This document shows, one piece after another, positions 19,693-28,950 of a stretch of DNA of 64,000 bases. The DNA comes from Nitrospirota bacterium (GTDB lineage Bacteria > Nitrospirota > UBA9217). Location of the stretch: contig CAWJQQ010000009.1 in NCBI GenBank assembly GCA_963845065.1, forward strand, positions 32,001 through 96,000, read 5' to 3'. The notes under the pieces are model-generated. The model was not told where the DNA came from. It was given only the letters and a program-made list of their open reading frames with translations, and did no database searches. The position numbers were made by a program, and so were the translations under genes. Position 1 is the stretch's first letter. Each line of letters begins with the position of its first letter.

Positions 19693-19974
19693 CTAATGGT
19701 AGTCAGTTATTTCAACGTCGTAGGCATCTCCTTGAAGCCATCGAAAGCAAATTCTCCATTTATCGTTTATGCGTATGCTATATTGTGCTTGGCGGTTTCC
19801 GGAAAGCTTTTCCAGCCGATTACCGGGTGGTATCTTTAAATCTTCAAGACGATCAGCAGCATCCAGGTACAACAGTTTTTTCAAGGCGGCGCGGCGTATT
19901 TCTGCAGGGAATTTCGATGAAAACTGTCTGCTGAATAGCTTTTCAGTGTCTTTGCCGCGAAAGCTTTTTATCAT
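19693..19974 (-). CDS. higB: HigB-family toxin
   Basis: [32 protein letters not shown]. Confidence 0.95.
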   Translation of the reverse strand: MIKSFRGKDTEKLFSRQFSSKFPAEIRRAALKKLLYLDAADRLEDLKIPPGNRLEKLSGNRQAQYSIRINDKWRICFRWLQGDAYDVEITDYH

Positions 19975-20149
19975 GGCTTATAGTAACGCAATGCGTTAAT
20001 AATGTCAAACGTTATTATCGTAAATCACTCTGAATGCGATGGAGAATTGTTATAAAAGGCTGAAGAATTCGAGCGGTAACCTAATAGGTTTAAAAAAAAG
20101 GAACATCAGCTTCGTCAGCAACGTGCTGATTTATTGTTAGCTAATTTCC

Positions 20150-20460
20150 CGCTCGCCCGCTCTCAGGCCTTGTTCGTATGCCAACAATGCGGCTTTACTG
20201 GAAACGCAGACATCAACGCTGCTAACATTACTAAAAAGAGAGGGATCAAACTGTTAGTAGAGGGAGAAATTTTAGTAAAGCAGACAAGGCGTGCTATGCG
20301 GTTAAGAAAAAAGAAACACCCAAGACCGGAACAGCCCGAAGTAACGCGCGGGGAGATGGAATTAGACGAGTTGCGGGCCACTGTCTGCAGCGCGCATCCA
20401 TCATCGAATCGTGAAACCCCCACTACAATTGCGCAAGCGGTTTAGCGGTGGGAGAGTTCA
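20150..20460 (+). mobile_element. C-terminal tnpB fragment with IS605-type right end
   Basis: RSQALFVCQQCGFTGNADINAA; ends CCCAC...GTGGGAGAGTTCA. Confidence 0.75.
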
Positions 20461-20516
20461 TTCCCGGGCAAATTAAGGATGCTCATAGTTTTCAAGTATT
20501 GGACAAGGATTGAGAG

Positions 20517-20542
20517 AGGTCTGCGGGGATTCCCGTAGACCT
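20517..20542. terminator. Stem-loop between convergent units
   Basis: AGGTCTGCGGG-GATT-CCCGTAGACCT. Confidence 0.5.
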
Positions 20543-20571
20543 GAAACCGACAGCGTATTCCCACCTAATAA

Positions 20572-20886
20572 TTAAGCGATCTTAATTATTAGTTTTTTAC
20601 CGCAAGCTTTGGCGTACCTTCGTAATGTTTCTAACGACGGCGAATGCTTATGATTTCCAAGCGACGTTTCAATACGTGCCAGCGATGACGACTTCATCCC
20701 CATGCGCCGCGCGACCTCTGCTTGGCTAAGCCCCGCTTTACGACGCGCCGTTAAAAGTGCGTTAAGTGCGCCAAATTCATCTTCAAGTGCATCATAGGCG
20801 GCTTTCAGTTTTGGATCAGAAGCAAGCAGCCTAGCCGTGTTTTCTTTAGTGTGCTTCACTGGTTTATATTTGTCACGTTTATCCAT
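20572..20886 (-). CDS. XRE-family HTH antitoxin
   Basis: ARRKAGLSQAEVARRMG...ARIE...SPSLETLRRYA. Confidence 0.9.
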   Translation of the reverse strand: MDKRDKYKPVKHTKENTARLLASDPKLKAAYDALEDEFGALNALLTARRKAGLSQAEVARRMGMKSSSLARIETSLGNHKHSPSLETLRRYAKACGKKLIIKIA

Positions 20887-21205
20887 TTTTAACCACCTGC
20901 AAACGCTGTCGCGCGATATTTATTTCCTTTTGCGGTGTCTTTTGCGTCTTCTTCACAATTGAATGAAGTATATCAATAGTGTTTCCTGCTAATGTATAGT
21001 AAAATACACGGCCAATGCCTTCCTGTGCTTTAGGTCTCAGCTCAAACAATCCGTCTCCCATTGATTCTGAATGGGGAGCCCTTAAGTCAATACCATGCTT
21101 CTCCATTAACTCCACATAGCGCAATTACCGGGCAAGAATACCACGTGGCAAAGAATAAACGTATTGTCTAACGTGCTCGCTGTAGTATGCAATCGTCCAA
21201 TTCAT
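20879..21205 (-). pseudogene. RelE/Gp49-like toxin with an in-frame TAA at codon 27
   Basis: MNWTIAYYSE...GILAR*LRYVELM...GDGLFELR...GIGRVFY; stop at 21125-21127. Confidence 0.85.
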
Positions 21206-21252
21206 GGGTAATATTAACATATATGTTAATACTTGTCAAGGATGATTTGATT

Positions 21253-21295
21253 GCTCTGACCTACCCCTGTCTTTAGACATGGGGTAGGTCAGAGC
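21253..21295. repeat. 43-bp palindrome with an IS200/IS605-end-like core
   Basis: GCTCTGACCTACCCC TGTCTTTAGACA T GGGGTAGGTCAGAGC. Confidence 0.75.
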
Positions 21296-21844
21296 TATGC
21301 TGGAATCGGGGTAACTATCGGAAATATAGTCGGGGTAACGATAGGCCTGCTTATTAGAAAAAAAATTGGTTTGAAATCTCTCGTATCAACCGAAAAGATA
21401 ACGAATTTGGTTGGAACGGTTATAAGTTTCGCAATGGCGATAGCGGGTATTATAGCGTTTATAGAGACGCAAAAAATGGGTAGATGCTGTGGGTGTGATA
21501 TTTTTTAGTGTCTGCGGAGTGTATCTTTTCAAAAGAAAGATTAGGTGATAACTTTCAGGACTTGGAATAAGGGAGTCGTCACCCGATCTTCTTCATCTTC
21601 TCATGTCCTAAGAATGCATCGATAATCTGCTCATTCTGATTTATATATTTGGTTGGCTTCCCTTTCTTGGTAACATTAACAAACAGCTGGCCACATTCCA
21701 TGATAATCTGGAGTTTAGGTATTGACTGTACCAAGTGACGCAAGTTATACTGCAGCATACAAAAAGGTCCGCATTGGATTCCAAAAACTTTCGTGATATG
21801 AATGACGGTATTGAATTTGTGGCCCTAAAGAGTAGGAGTCTCAA

Positions 21845-22045
21845 ATGAAAATAGATATAGAAAAAGAGGAAGACGGACGTTGGATCGCAGAAGTTGTCGA
21901 TCTTAACGGAGTTTTAGCTTACGGAAAGACGCGAGAAGATGCTATTGCTAAAGTTGAAGCACTCGCATTACGTGTGATTGCGGACCGACTTGACCATGGG
22001 GAAGCGATTCCTGATCTCGAAGAACTTTTCGCAATCTCTGTATGA
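21845..22045 (+). CDS. hicB: HicB-family antitoxin (short form)
   Basis: EKEEDGRWIAEV...GVLAYGKTREDA. Confidence 0.88.
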   Translation: MKIDIEKEEDGRWIAEVVDLNGVLAYGKTREDAIAKVEALALRVIADRLDHGEAIPDLEELFAISV

Positions 22046-22257
22046 GCAAATGGCCTTCTACCAAAGCTCGCATTGTATTTGCCGCACTCCTTCGTATAGG
22101 TTGGTCTCTTAAGAGAGAGGCTGCAGGTTCCCACCGAATTCTTTCACGGGATGGGTGGTCTGATTATGTTTTTGCTTTTCATGACAGCGCCGAGATAGGT
22201 CCTCATATGCTTACACGAATTGCAAAGAAGACAGGACTTGAACCGAAAGATCTTTAA
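22042..22257 (+). CDS. hicA: HicA-family toxin
   Basis: GSH motif, FAFHD, IAKKTGL; ATGA overlap with hicB. Confidence 0.88.
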   Translation: MSKWPSTKARIVFAALLRIGWSLKREAAGSHRILSRDGWSDYVFAFHDSAEIGPHMLTRIAKKTGLEPKDL

Positions 22258-22295
22258 GAAAGGCTGGTTTTTATCCACTGATAATATGATAAGTT

Positions 22296-22972
22296 ATGAG
22301 AATACTTAACCTACCCGGACTCGAACCAGTCCACATTAAACAAACCAGCCATCACTACCAGATTACGGCCAAAACAACCAACCCCCTGTATACTGCCCTA
22401 ACTGCAGCAGGTCAGAGCTAGTAAGCTTTGGCGCTAGAAACAAGTTATATTTCGATACTCCTATCCATGGCAAGCAAACCGGGATTATGGTGAAGTGTAA
22501 TCGCTATTCCTGTAAGTCCTGCTTGAAGACATTCACGGAACCGCTGCCAATGATGGACGACAAGCGCTCTGCAACAAGACGGCTTGTTGACTATATCGAA
22601 AAGAATTCACTCAAGAAGACCTACGTAAGTATCTCTGGTGAGGTTGGTTTCTACGAAAAGACGGTTCGTAACATTTTCAATGAGTATGTCAAAAAAACTG
22701 GATGTTGAGTATAAGGTTGCCACACCGCGCTGGCTTGGGATCGATGAGATACATATCATAAAACGGCCTCGGTGCGTTATCAGCAACATTGAGGAACGAA
22801 CAGTCGTAAACATGCTCCCAAACAGAAACAATACCGCGGTTAAGCAATACTTGTACGGGATTCCAAATCAAGATAATATCGAATATGTGTGTATGGATAT
22901 GTGGAACCCGTATAAAGACGCCGTTAAAGACGTACTCCCTGGCCGTCAGATCATTATAGATAAGTTTCACGT
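22296..22972 (+). pseudogene. ISL3-family transposase remnant
   Basis: Frameshifted zinc-finger N-terminus, then LGIDE, CMDMWNPY, IIIDKFH; truncated. Confidence 0.85.
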
Positions 22973-23236
22973 CGGCATGGTCAGCGCGCTGTCCTACACC
23001 ATTGTCTCGGGAGTTGCGGGGAAAACACATCCTTTTCCTGGAGGCCGGCCGGGGCATATCTCTCCGGGAAAAAAAAGACCCGAAAGCAGGGCGCGGTAGA
23101 CGGCAGGCAATCCAAGCAGAAATAACGCTCCCACCCCGGGAGTGACGCATCAAGGTTACGGCGCCCCTCATCTCCTCGCAATCCCGGAAGGCGCGGCCCT
23201 GTATTGGGGTAATTAAAGGTCCCGATTCCCCTGCCG

Positions 23237-23485
23237 TCATTCCAGTCCGCAGGACGGCGTCTCACAGGGAGTGCCGCTTCCGCAGCATGTCTGGGCCTTC
23301 CCGCAATGGGTCTTGACTGATGTTCCGGCATCGGCTCCCTTTATCATAAAGCCGCTTCCTCCCGAAAATATTCTCCGCATGCTACCCCTGCACTCCGGAC
23401 AGGTATCGACAGGAGCATCATGCATTGACTGACTGATTTCGAACCGCTTGCCGCAGGCATCGCAAAAATATTCATAAATCAGCAT
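23237..23485 (-). CDS. FmdB-family zinc ribbon protein
   Basis: IYEYFCDACG...CPECRG...GFMIKG with a Cys-rich tail. Confidence 0.85.
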   Translation of the reverse strand: MLIYEYFCDACGKRFEISQSMHDAPVDTCPECRGSMRRIFSGGSGFMIKGADAGTSVKTHCGKAQTCCGSGTPCETPSCGLE

Positions 23486-24785
23486 CACATCCTCCTTTAA
23501 CGTCTCCACGCTGTTTGCGAACCGAATCTAAAGTTTCAAGAACCTTGGAAATCATATTTTCAACCGCCCCCGCTGTTTTCGTCCTGGCATAATGTTGGAC
23601 GAAAGGTGTCCCCTCGTCGCAGGCCGCACTAACCGCAGGATCGATCGGAATCTTCCCGAGGAAGGGAACGCCGAACTCCTGGGCCATGCGTTCTCCGCCC
23701 CCCGTATTAAAAATGTCCGTTACCTCGCCGCATTTCGGGCAGGCAAAGCCGCTCATGTTCTCCACGATGCCGAGCACGGGAAGTTTGAGCGCGCGGCAGA
23801 AATTGACTGACTTTCTGACGTCGGCCGCAGCCACTTCCTGGGGGGTGGTCACCACGACCGCCCCATCGGCTTCTTCGATCAATTGGCAGAGTGAAAGTGG
23901 TTCGTCCCCGGTCCCGGGCGGCGAGTCGATCACCAGGTAATCAAGATCGCCCCAGTCGACGTCTTGCAAAAACTGTCGAAGCATGCCAGTTTTCATCGGT
24001 CCGCGCACGATTAGGGCTTGATCGCGGTGTTGCAGCAGAAACTCGACGGACATGACCTTGAGCCCGTTGCTCTGAACCGGGATAATGCTCCGGCCGTCCG
24101 TCTTGACTGCTATATTCCCGGTCCGTAACATGGTAGGCATGCTCGGGCCGTGAATATCCGCATCAAGTATGCCAACTCGTTTCCCCGCTTTGGACAACGC
24201 AACGGCCAGGTTCAGCGCCACTGTGCTCTTGCCCACACCGCCCTTCCCGGATAACACGATTATTTTATGCGCTATCCTGCAAAGGCGGCTTTTAAGGGCC
24301 TGTCGCTCCTCATATTCTTTAGGCCGTTCTCCTTGCCGGACATTCTTCGCGCTGCAAGAATTATCCTTGCATGAGCCGCATTGGCCTGCTTCCGCGGCAG
24401 ACTGTGTCGAGCGTTCGTATTTCTCCCGGTAATCATCGATGGCGGCCTTGAGCGTATTTGCCGCAAGAAGACCGCAGTGGTCGGACTCCTTTGGAAGATT
24501 TCCCGATGCTTTTAGGACATACTCCTGTGTTACCGTTCCCGCCTCCTCCAGCGTTTTCCAGTGAGCGAGGCGGGCTGCCGCACTCCCGCAGGCAATGGAA
24601 TTCTCGCATCCATCGGATGTAAATGATGCCTCAACTATTCTGCCTTCACGTACCAGAATCCAGAACTCCATGGTTTCACCGCATGGTCCGGTAATGCGGG
24701 CATTGGCGTTTGCTTGTTTCAGAGGGCCGAAATTGGCGGGCAATACCCGCGTCATCATAGAATCTTCCTGCATACTTTCTCCCAT
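23472..24785 (-). CDS. IscU/NifU-N domain fused to Mrp/NBP35 (ApbC) Fe-S carrier ATPase
   Basis: GPCGE, DGC...ACG, DHC in the N-domain; GKGGVGKST, DSPPGTGD, ENMSGFACPKC. Confidence 0.9.
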   Translation of the reverse strand: MGESMQEDSMMTRVLPANFGPLKQANANARITGPCGETMEFWILVREGRIVEASFTSDGCENSIACGSAAARLAHWKTLEEAGTVTQEYVLKASGNLPKESDHCGLLAANTLKAAIDDYREKYERSTQSAAEAGQCGSCKDNSCSAKNVRQGERPKEYEERQALKSRLCRIAHKIIVLSGKGGVGKSTVALNLAVALSKAGKRVGILDADIHGPSMPTMLRTGNIAVKTDGRSIIPVQSNGLKVMSVEFLLQHRDQALIVRGPMKTGMLRQFLQDVDWGDLDYLVIDSPPGTGDEPLSLCQLIEEADGAVVVTTPQEVAAADVRKSVNFCRALKLPVLGIVENMSGFACPKCGEVTDIFNTGGGERMAQEFGVPFLGKIPIDPAVSAACDEGTPFVQHYARTKTAGAVENMISKVLETLDSVRKQRGDVKGGCDADL

Positions 24786-25639
24786 ACCTCCTTTATTTTA
24801 TTTGCCGCGGCACCGTTTCCGAATTCGACAACGCTTTTTTTGTTCATCTGGGCTGCGGTGACCGCACGGTCGTAAGGGATCCTTTCGGCTAGTTCTGCCC
24901 CCGCTGCAGCGGCTGCTTTCTCTACCCTGTCGGTCATTTCTGGATTTATGTCCCACTTATTGACACAAACGAGCGCTGGAATACTGAAGTGACGCGCCAG
25001 GGACAGTACCCGTTTCAGGTCGTGTTCCCCGGATATGGTGGGTTCGGTGACAGCCAGCACAAGTGATGCGCCGGTAATCGAGGCAATGACCGGGCAGCCG
25101 ATGCCGGGCGGTCCGTCCGTGATGATTAGGGGTCTGTTGCTCTCCTTTGCTATGCGCTTGGCTTCCCGGCGCACCGTGGAGACCAGTTTCCCGGAATTTT
25201 CTGCCACAGAGCCCAAGCGGGCATGGACCATGAGGCCGCATCGGGTCTCCGATATCATCCACTCCCCGCACAGACGCTCAGGGAAATAAATGGCGTGCTC
25301 AGGACAGAACCGGACGCACACACCGCACCCTTCGCAGGAAACCGGATCAATGACGAACTGCGTCCTTTGTCCGGGCTTTCCGCTGACCCGCACCGCCTTG
25401 AACCTGCAATGCGAGAGACACTCGCCACAGCCGCTGCAGTCATCCTGCCGGATGACCGCTTCATGGCCGGCGCGGAATTCATGATGTGCCATAATCTGCG
25501 GCGAAAGCACGAGGTGCAGGTCCGCGGCGTCCACGTCGCAATCAGCGATGACCGGGCGATCTGCCAAAACGGCAAACGACGCCGTTATGCTAGTCTTGCC
25601 CGTTCCGCCCTTGCCGCTGATGACGACCAATTCCTTCAT
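24755..25639 (-). CDS. MinD-like P-loop ATPase with inserted 2x[4Fe-4S] ferredoxin
   Basis: GKGGTGKT, DCDVDA, two CxxCxxCxxxC motifs, ENSGKLV, PPGIGCP. Confidence 0.9.
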   Translation of the reverse strand: MKELVVISGKGGTGKTSITASFAVLADRPVIADCDVDAADLHLVLSPQIMAHHEFRAGHEAVIRQDDCSGCGECLSHCRFKAVRVSGKPGQRTQFVIDPVSCEGCGVCVRFCPEHAIYFPERLCGEWMISETRCGLMVHARLGSVAENSGKLVSTVRREAKRIAKESNRPLIITDGPPGIGCPVIASITGASLVLAVTEPTISGEHDLKRVLSLARHFSIPALVCVNKWDINPEMTDRVEKAAAAAGAELAERIPYDRAVTAAQMNKKSVVEFGNGAAANKIKEVWEKVCRKIL

Positions 25640-26502
25640 TCTGAGCCTCCCTTTTGACTCTTTTCAAGAGATGTAGCGCCCGTCACCATCTTCAGCAGGC
25701 TCTTGAAAAGCCCTCGGTATTCCGGCAATGCGTCAACGATCAACTCGCCGCGGGAATAAGCTTCAGCGATCCGCCGGTCATCAGGGATTTCCAAAAGAAT
25801 GGGGATACCTTCTTTTCTGCAGTACGCATGCACCCGGTTGTCGCCGACCCCCATGCGATTGACGACCACGCCGAACGGAATCCCGAGTTCGCGCACCATG
25901 TCCACTGCCAGCGTCAGGTCGTGGAGGCCGAACGGCGTCGGCTCCGTAACGAGCGCCACGAAGTCCGCTCCCCGGATCGTTACGATGACCGGGCATGACG
26001 TACCCGGAGGCGCGTCCAGAATTGCGGGCAGGCCGTTTTGCAGACGGGCCTTGACTTCACGAATGAGAGGCGGGGCCATTGCCACACCGACGTCAAGACA
26101 GCCCTGGACTAGGGTGATGTTATCTGATTGGCCTGTTTTTACCGCTCCTATGCGATGGTCCGTTTCGCGTATCGCCTTCCTGGGGCATACCTTCGCGCAT
26201 CCGCCGCAGCCATGGCACATCTCGGCGAAGACGAGCGGCTTTGTCCCGAACGAGACAATGGCATGATACTCACAAAACCGCCCGCATTCACCGCAGCCGT
26301 CGCAAAGCAATTCGTCTACCTGCGGCACGGAGATGCTGACGATTTCTTCTCTGATCTGCGTGCTTTTCAAAAAAAGGTGCGCATTCGGCTCTTCCACGTC
26401 GCAGTCCAGAAGCTGAACAGGAGCGTCCAAAACCCGGGCCAGATTCACCGAAACCGTCGTCTTGCCGGTGCCACCCTTGCCTGAAGCTATTGCGATAATC
26501 AT
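25636..26502 (-). CDS. MinD-like P-loop ATPase with inserted ferredoxin (paralog)
   Basis: GKGGTGKT, DCDVEEPN, two ferredoxin motifs, PPGTSCP, TEPTPFG. Confidence 0.9.
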   Translation of the reverse strand: MIIAIASGKGGTGKTTVSVNLARVLDAPVQLLDCDVEEPNAHLFLKSTQIREEIVSISVPQVDELLCDGCGECGRFCEYHAIVSFGTKPLVFAEMCHGCGGCAKVCPRKAIRETDHRIGAVKTGQSDNITLVQGCLDVGVAMAPPLIREVKARLQNGLPAILDAPPGTSCPVIVTIRGADFVALVTEPTPFGLHDLTLAVDMVRELGIPFGVVVNRMGVGDNRVHAYCRKEGIPILLEIPDDRRIAEAYSRGELIVDALPEYRGLFKSLLKMVTGATSLEKSQKGGSE

Positions 26503-26669
26503 GATGCGGCTCCGCCTTTATAACCTTCGCGGCCGCGCCGGCGGGCAGTCTCCTCCGCACGTCCCTTGCAGCCTTTCGCATAGACCGGCAGGATTGGGGT
26601 CTCCTTTGTGGCAGCGTGTTTGCCATGAATCACGCCGATCGTCCTCAAGGTGATGGCAGATTTGCTCAT
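26499..26669 (-). pseudogene. N-terminal remnant of a TrmO/TsaA-like methyltransferase
   Basis: MSKSAITLRTIGVIH...ETPILPVYAKGCKGRAE, then diverges and stops after 56 aa. Confidence 0.55.
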
Positions 26670-26746
26670 GCCCAATGACCCTCCACATCAGCAGATTCGG
26701 CTCTATGGTCTTACCGGATAAGCCTGCTGATTATTTTATTTTGCTT

Positions 26747-27121
26747 TTAAAATCGTTCCTCTATTAGAGTCAAACGGGCCAGAAGCGCTTCAGCTTCCAG
26801 GAGACCGGGTTGGGGAGGTAGTTGCATGAGGAGCCCCAGCCCTTCCGAGGAATCATGAAATTCTTTTTCCGGCAACCGGCCGACCATAACCACATTAATC
26901 AGCGCGTTCAGATGCATGATTTTGCGAACCAACGCGAAATCCATTGGTTCACCGGGATTTCCATCCAAAATCATCAAATCCGGAGCAGCGCATTTAATCA
27001 ACGCCAAAGCCTCTTCTCCGGATGCAACCCATTCGATGGCGATCCTGGTGTCGGCTTGCAGCGCCTGGGCCAGAACGGATAAAGATGCTGGATTTGACGA
27101 TACAAAAACAATTCGATACAT
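26747..27121 (-). CDS. Stand-alone receiver-like protein
   Basis: SGEEAL...PDLMILD; degenerate acidic pocket. Confidence 0.7.
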   Translation of the reverse strand: MYRIVFVSSNPASLSVLAQALQADTRIAIEWVASGEEALALIKCAAPDLMILDGNPGEPMDFALVRKIMHLNALINVVMVGRLPEKEFHDSSEGLGLLMQLPPQPGLLEAEALLARLTLIEERF

Positions 27122-27246
27122 ATCTTTTCCTTTTTAGCCCGGACCCCGGCCTGCCACGTGATAGCCTTTGTGAAAGCGGGCTAAAAACATGCGGGGTTCT
27201 GAGAGAGATTATGCGGAATACTTTAAAAAATCGGCTGGAGCCTGGG

Positions 27247-27630
27247 CTACACAGCTCCCCCGCCCCCTCCGCAGGTATGCTGTTGGCTGAATTGGGGCAA
27301 TTTACCGGACATGAAGGCCTGCACAGCGGCGCCGACTGTTGGAAAGTCTCCGCCATGATAAACCTCAATGCCGGATTGATTAAATCCCATGAGCGGGCGA
27401 AGACCCATGCCTCCGGCAATCAAAATTTTAACCCCTTTTTGTTTGAGATAATTCACCGGGGCCATACAGCCCCCTTGCTGATGGGGTACATTCGGGACAA
27501 TATCCACCTGTTTTATTTTACCGTCCTCGACGACAACCAGCGTGTAGAGATCACAATGCCCGAAATGGGCGCCCATCACCGCTTCAAGTCCGCCCGGATT
27601 TCCCGATGGTACAGCAACCAGAGTGTTCAT
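27247..27630 (-). CDS. NifB/NifX-family protein
   Basis: HFGHC, HQQGGCMAPV, GGMG. Confidence 0.9.
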   Translation of the reverse strand: MNTLVAVPSGNPGGLEAVMGAHFGHCDLYTLVVVEDGKIKQVDIVPNVPHQQGGCMAPVNYLKQKGVKILIAGGMGLRPLMGFNQSGIEVYHGGDFPTVGAAVQAFMSGKLPQFSQQHTCGGGGGAV

Positions 27631-27696
27631 ATTTTCTCCTTAATATTTAGCCTTTACTGCCGGTTCAAAAATGGATCATGATTGTCACCGGTATTC

Positions 27697-28050
27697 TTAC
27701 CGGTTCGGTTGGGTAGCCCATTCTACCTGACCGCTTTGATATCGTTCCAGGGCCTGGCGGACCGTAATATTTTGAAAGTTCTGGCCGATTTTGATGTCTG
27801 CGGCCTGCAAGACCTTAAACGCCTTTGGTCCGACAAAACCGGTCAATACCGCCTTTACTCCGGTACGGGATACCATTTCTGCGGCCTGAATACCTGCGCC
27901 CTGGCTTGCGACTTGAGATGCGCCATTATCTACATATTCGAAAAGCATGCTATCGGGGTCAATGACGATAAACCCGGCGGCCCGCCCGAAGCGGGGATCA
28001 ACCAAATCATCCAGTCCGGGTCCTTCACTGCATATGGCAATTTTATTCAT
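27697..28050 (-). CDS. NifB/NifX-family protein, orange protein (ORP)-like
   Basis: EGPGLDDLVDPRFGRAAGF...EYVDNGASQ...GAGI...VGPKAF, as recalled from Desulfovibrio ORP. Confidence 0.88.
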   Translation of the reverse strand: MNKIAICSEGPGLDDLVDPRFGRAAGFIVIDPDSMLFEYVDNGASQVASQGAGIQAAEMVSRTGVKAVLTGFVGPKAFKVLQAADIKIGQNFQNITVRQALERYQSGQVEWATQPNR

Positions 28051-28070
28051 GGTTACCTTCTTCCTTTCGG

Positions 28071-28274
28071 TCACTCTCGTATCATTACAGCCCCGCACTT
28101 AGGACATTTCTTCTGCATGCACGGGAGTCCTGCTTCATGGGGCCCCTTATGTCCGCATTGCGAACATATGCATGAACCGCTCGGTCCTCCAGCTGCGAGG
28201 CCGTTCATTCTCCCACGGCCTTGTCCGCAGCGTCCACTCTCCTGACCACTTCCCGATCCTCTCCTTCTCCACAT
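28071..28274 (-). CDS. Small Gly/Arg-rich protein with Cys motifs
   Basis: GGPSGSCICSQCG...GLPC...CPKCG; GGAGG RBS. Confidence 0.75.
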   Translation of the reverse strand: MWRRRGSGSGQESGRCGQGRGRMNGLAAGGPSGSCICSQCGHKGPHEAGLPCMQKKCPKCGAVMIRE

Positions 28275-28320
28275 TATTCCACCTCCTTAGTAATACAAAA
28301 AACCATCATTCAGCCCCGTC

Positions 28321-28710
28321 TCATTTGCTCTGCCACTTACACAGGGATTTGGCACCTCTCCCGCAGCGGCGCCCCGGTCCTTTCCCGGGACAGAGGGTCA
28401 TTCCCTGGTTAAGACGATTATGAAGAAAAAGAGATAATACCTCGTCGGCATTGCCTGCGATCCAGGGAATGACCTTGATCCCGCTATTCGTCAAGATCCC
28501 CAAAAGATTTTTCGGAAGGCCACCGCAAATCAGTGTATCAACTCCCAGTTCCTTTAATCTTGAAGCCCATTCAACGTCTCCCCACCCAGCACAGGAGATA
28601 TTCCTGCTTTCAATAATTTTTTTTCCTTCAGTTTCGAACAATCCGAAAGCAGGAGCAAAATCAAGCCGGGGAGAGATCCTGTTTCCAAAAACTGAAATCG
28701 CTATTTTCAT
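28321..28710 (-). CDS. NifB/NifX-family protein
   Basis: MKIAI...RISPRLD...VDTLICGG...IPWIAG. Confidence 0.85.
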   Translation of the reverse strand: MKIAISVFGNRISPRLDFAPAFGLFETEGKKIIESRNISCAGWGDVEWASRLKELGVDTLICGGLPKNLLGILTNSGIKVIPWIAGNADEVLSLFLHNRLNQGMTLCPGKGPGRRCGRGAKSLCKWQSK

Positions 28711-28808
28711 AATGACCCCAATTCGCCCGTTATCATTTTTTTTGAATGACGACGTTGCCTTCGCTTACTCGTAGTAAAAAAGCAGCTCACGACATTACGT
28801 AATAATAG

Positions 28809-28825
28809 AGCAAGATAGATACCAA
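28809..28825 (-). promoter_or_regulatory. Sigma-54 promoter of the ORP-like operon
   Basis: Minus strand TTGGTATCTATCTTGCT, GG-N10-GC. Confidence 0.75.
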
Positions 28826-28950
28826 CAGGTAATCCGTTTGGTTTTTCTATAAGATCAAAGGGTTAAGCAGAAGACGGGACTGGCAGGCTCAGTTCAGGCA
28901 TTGTTGAAGTGCAATGTGCGGTGAGATGATAATGCAGGCGTGCAATGGTC

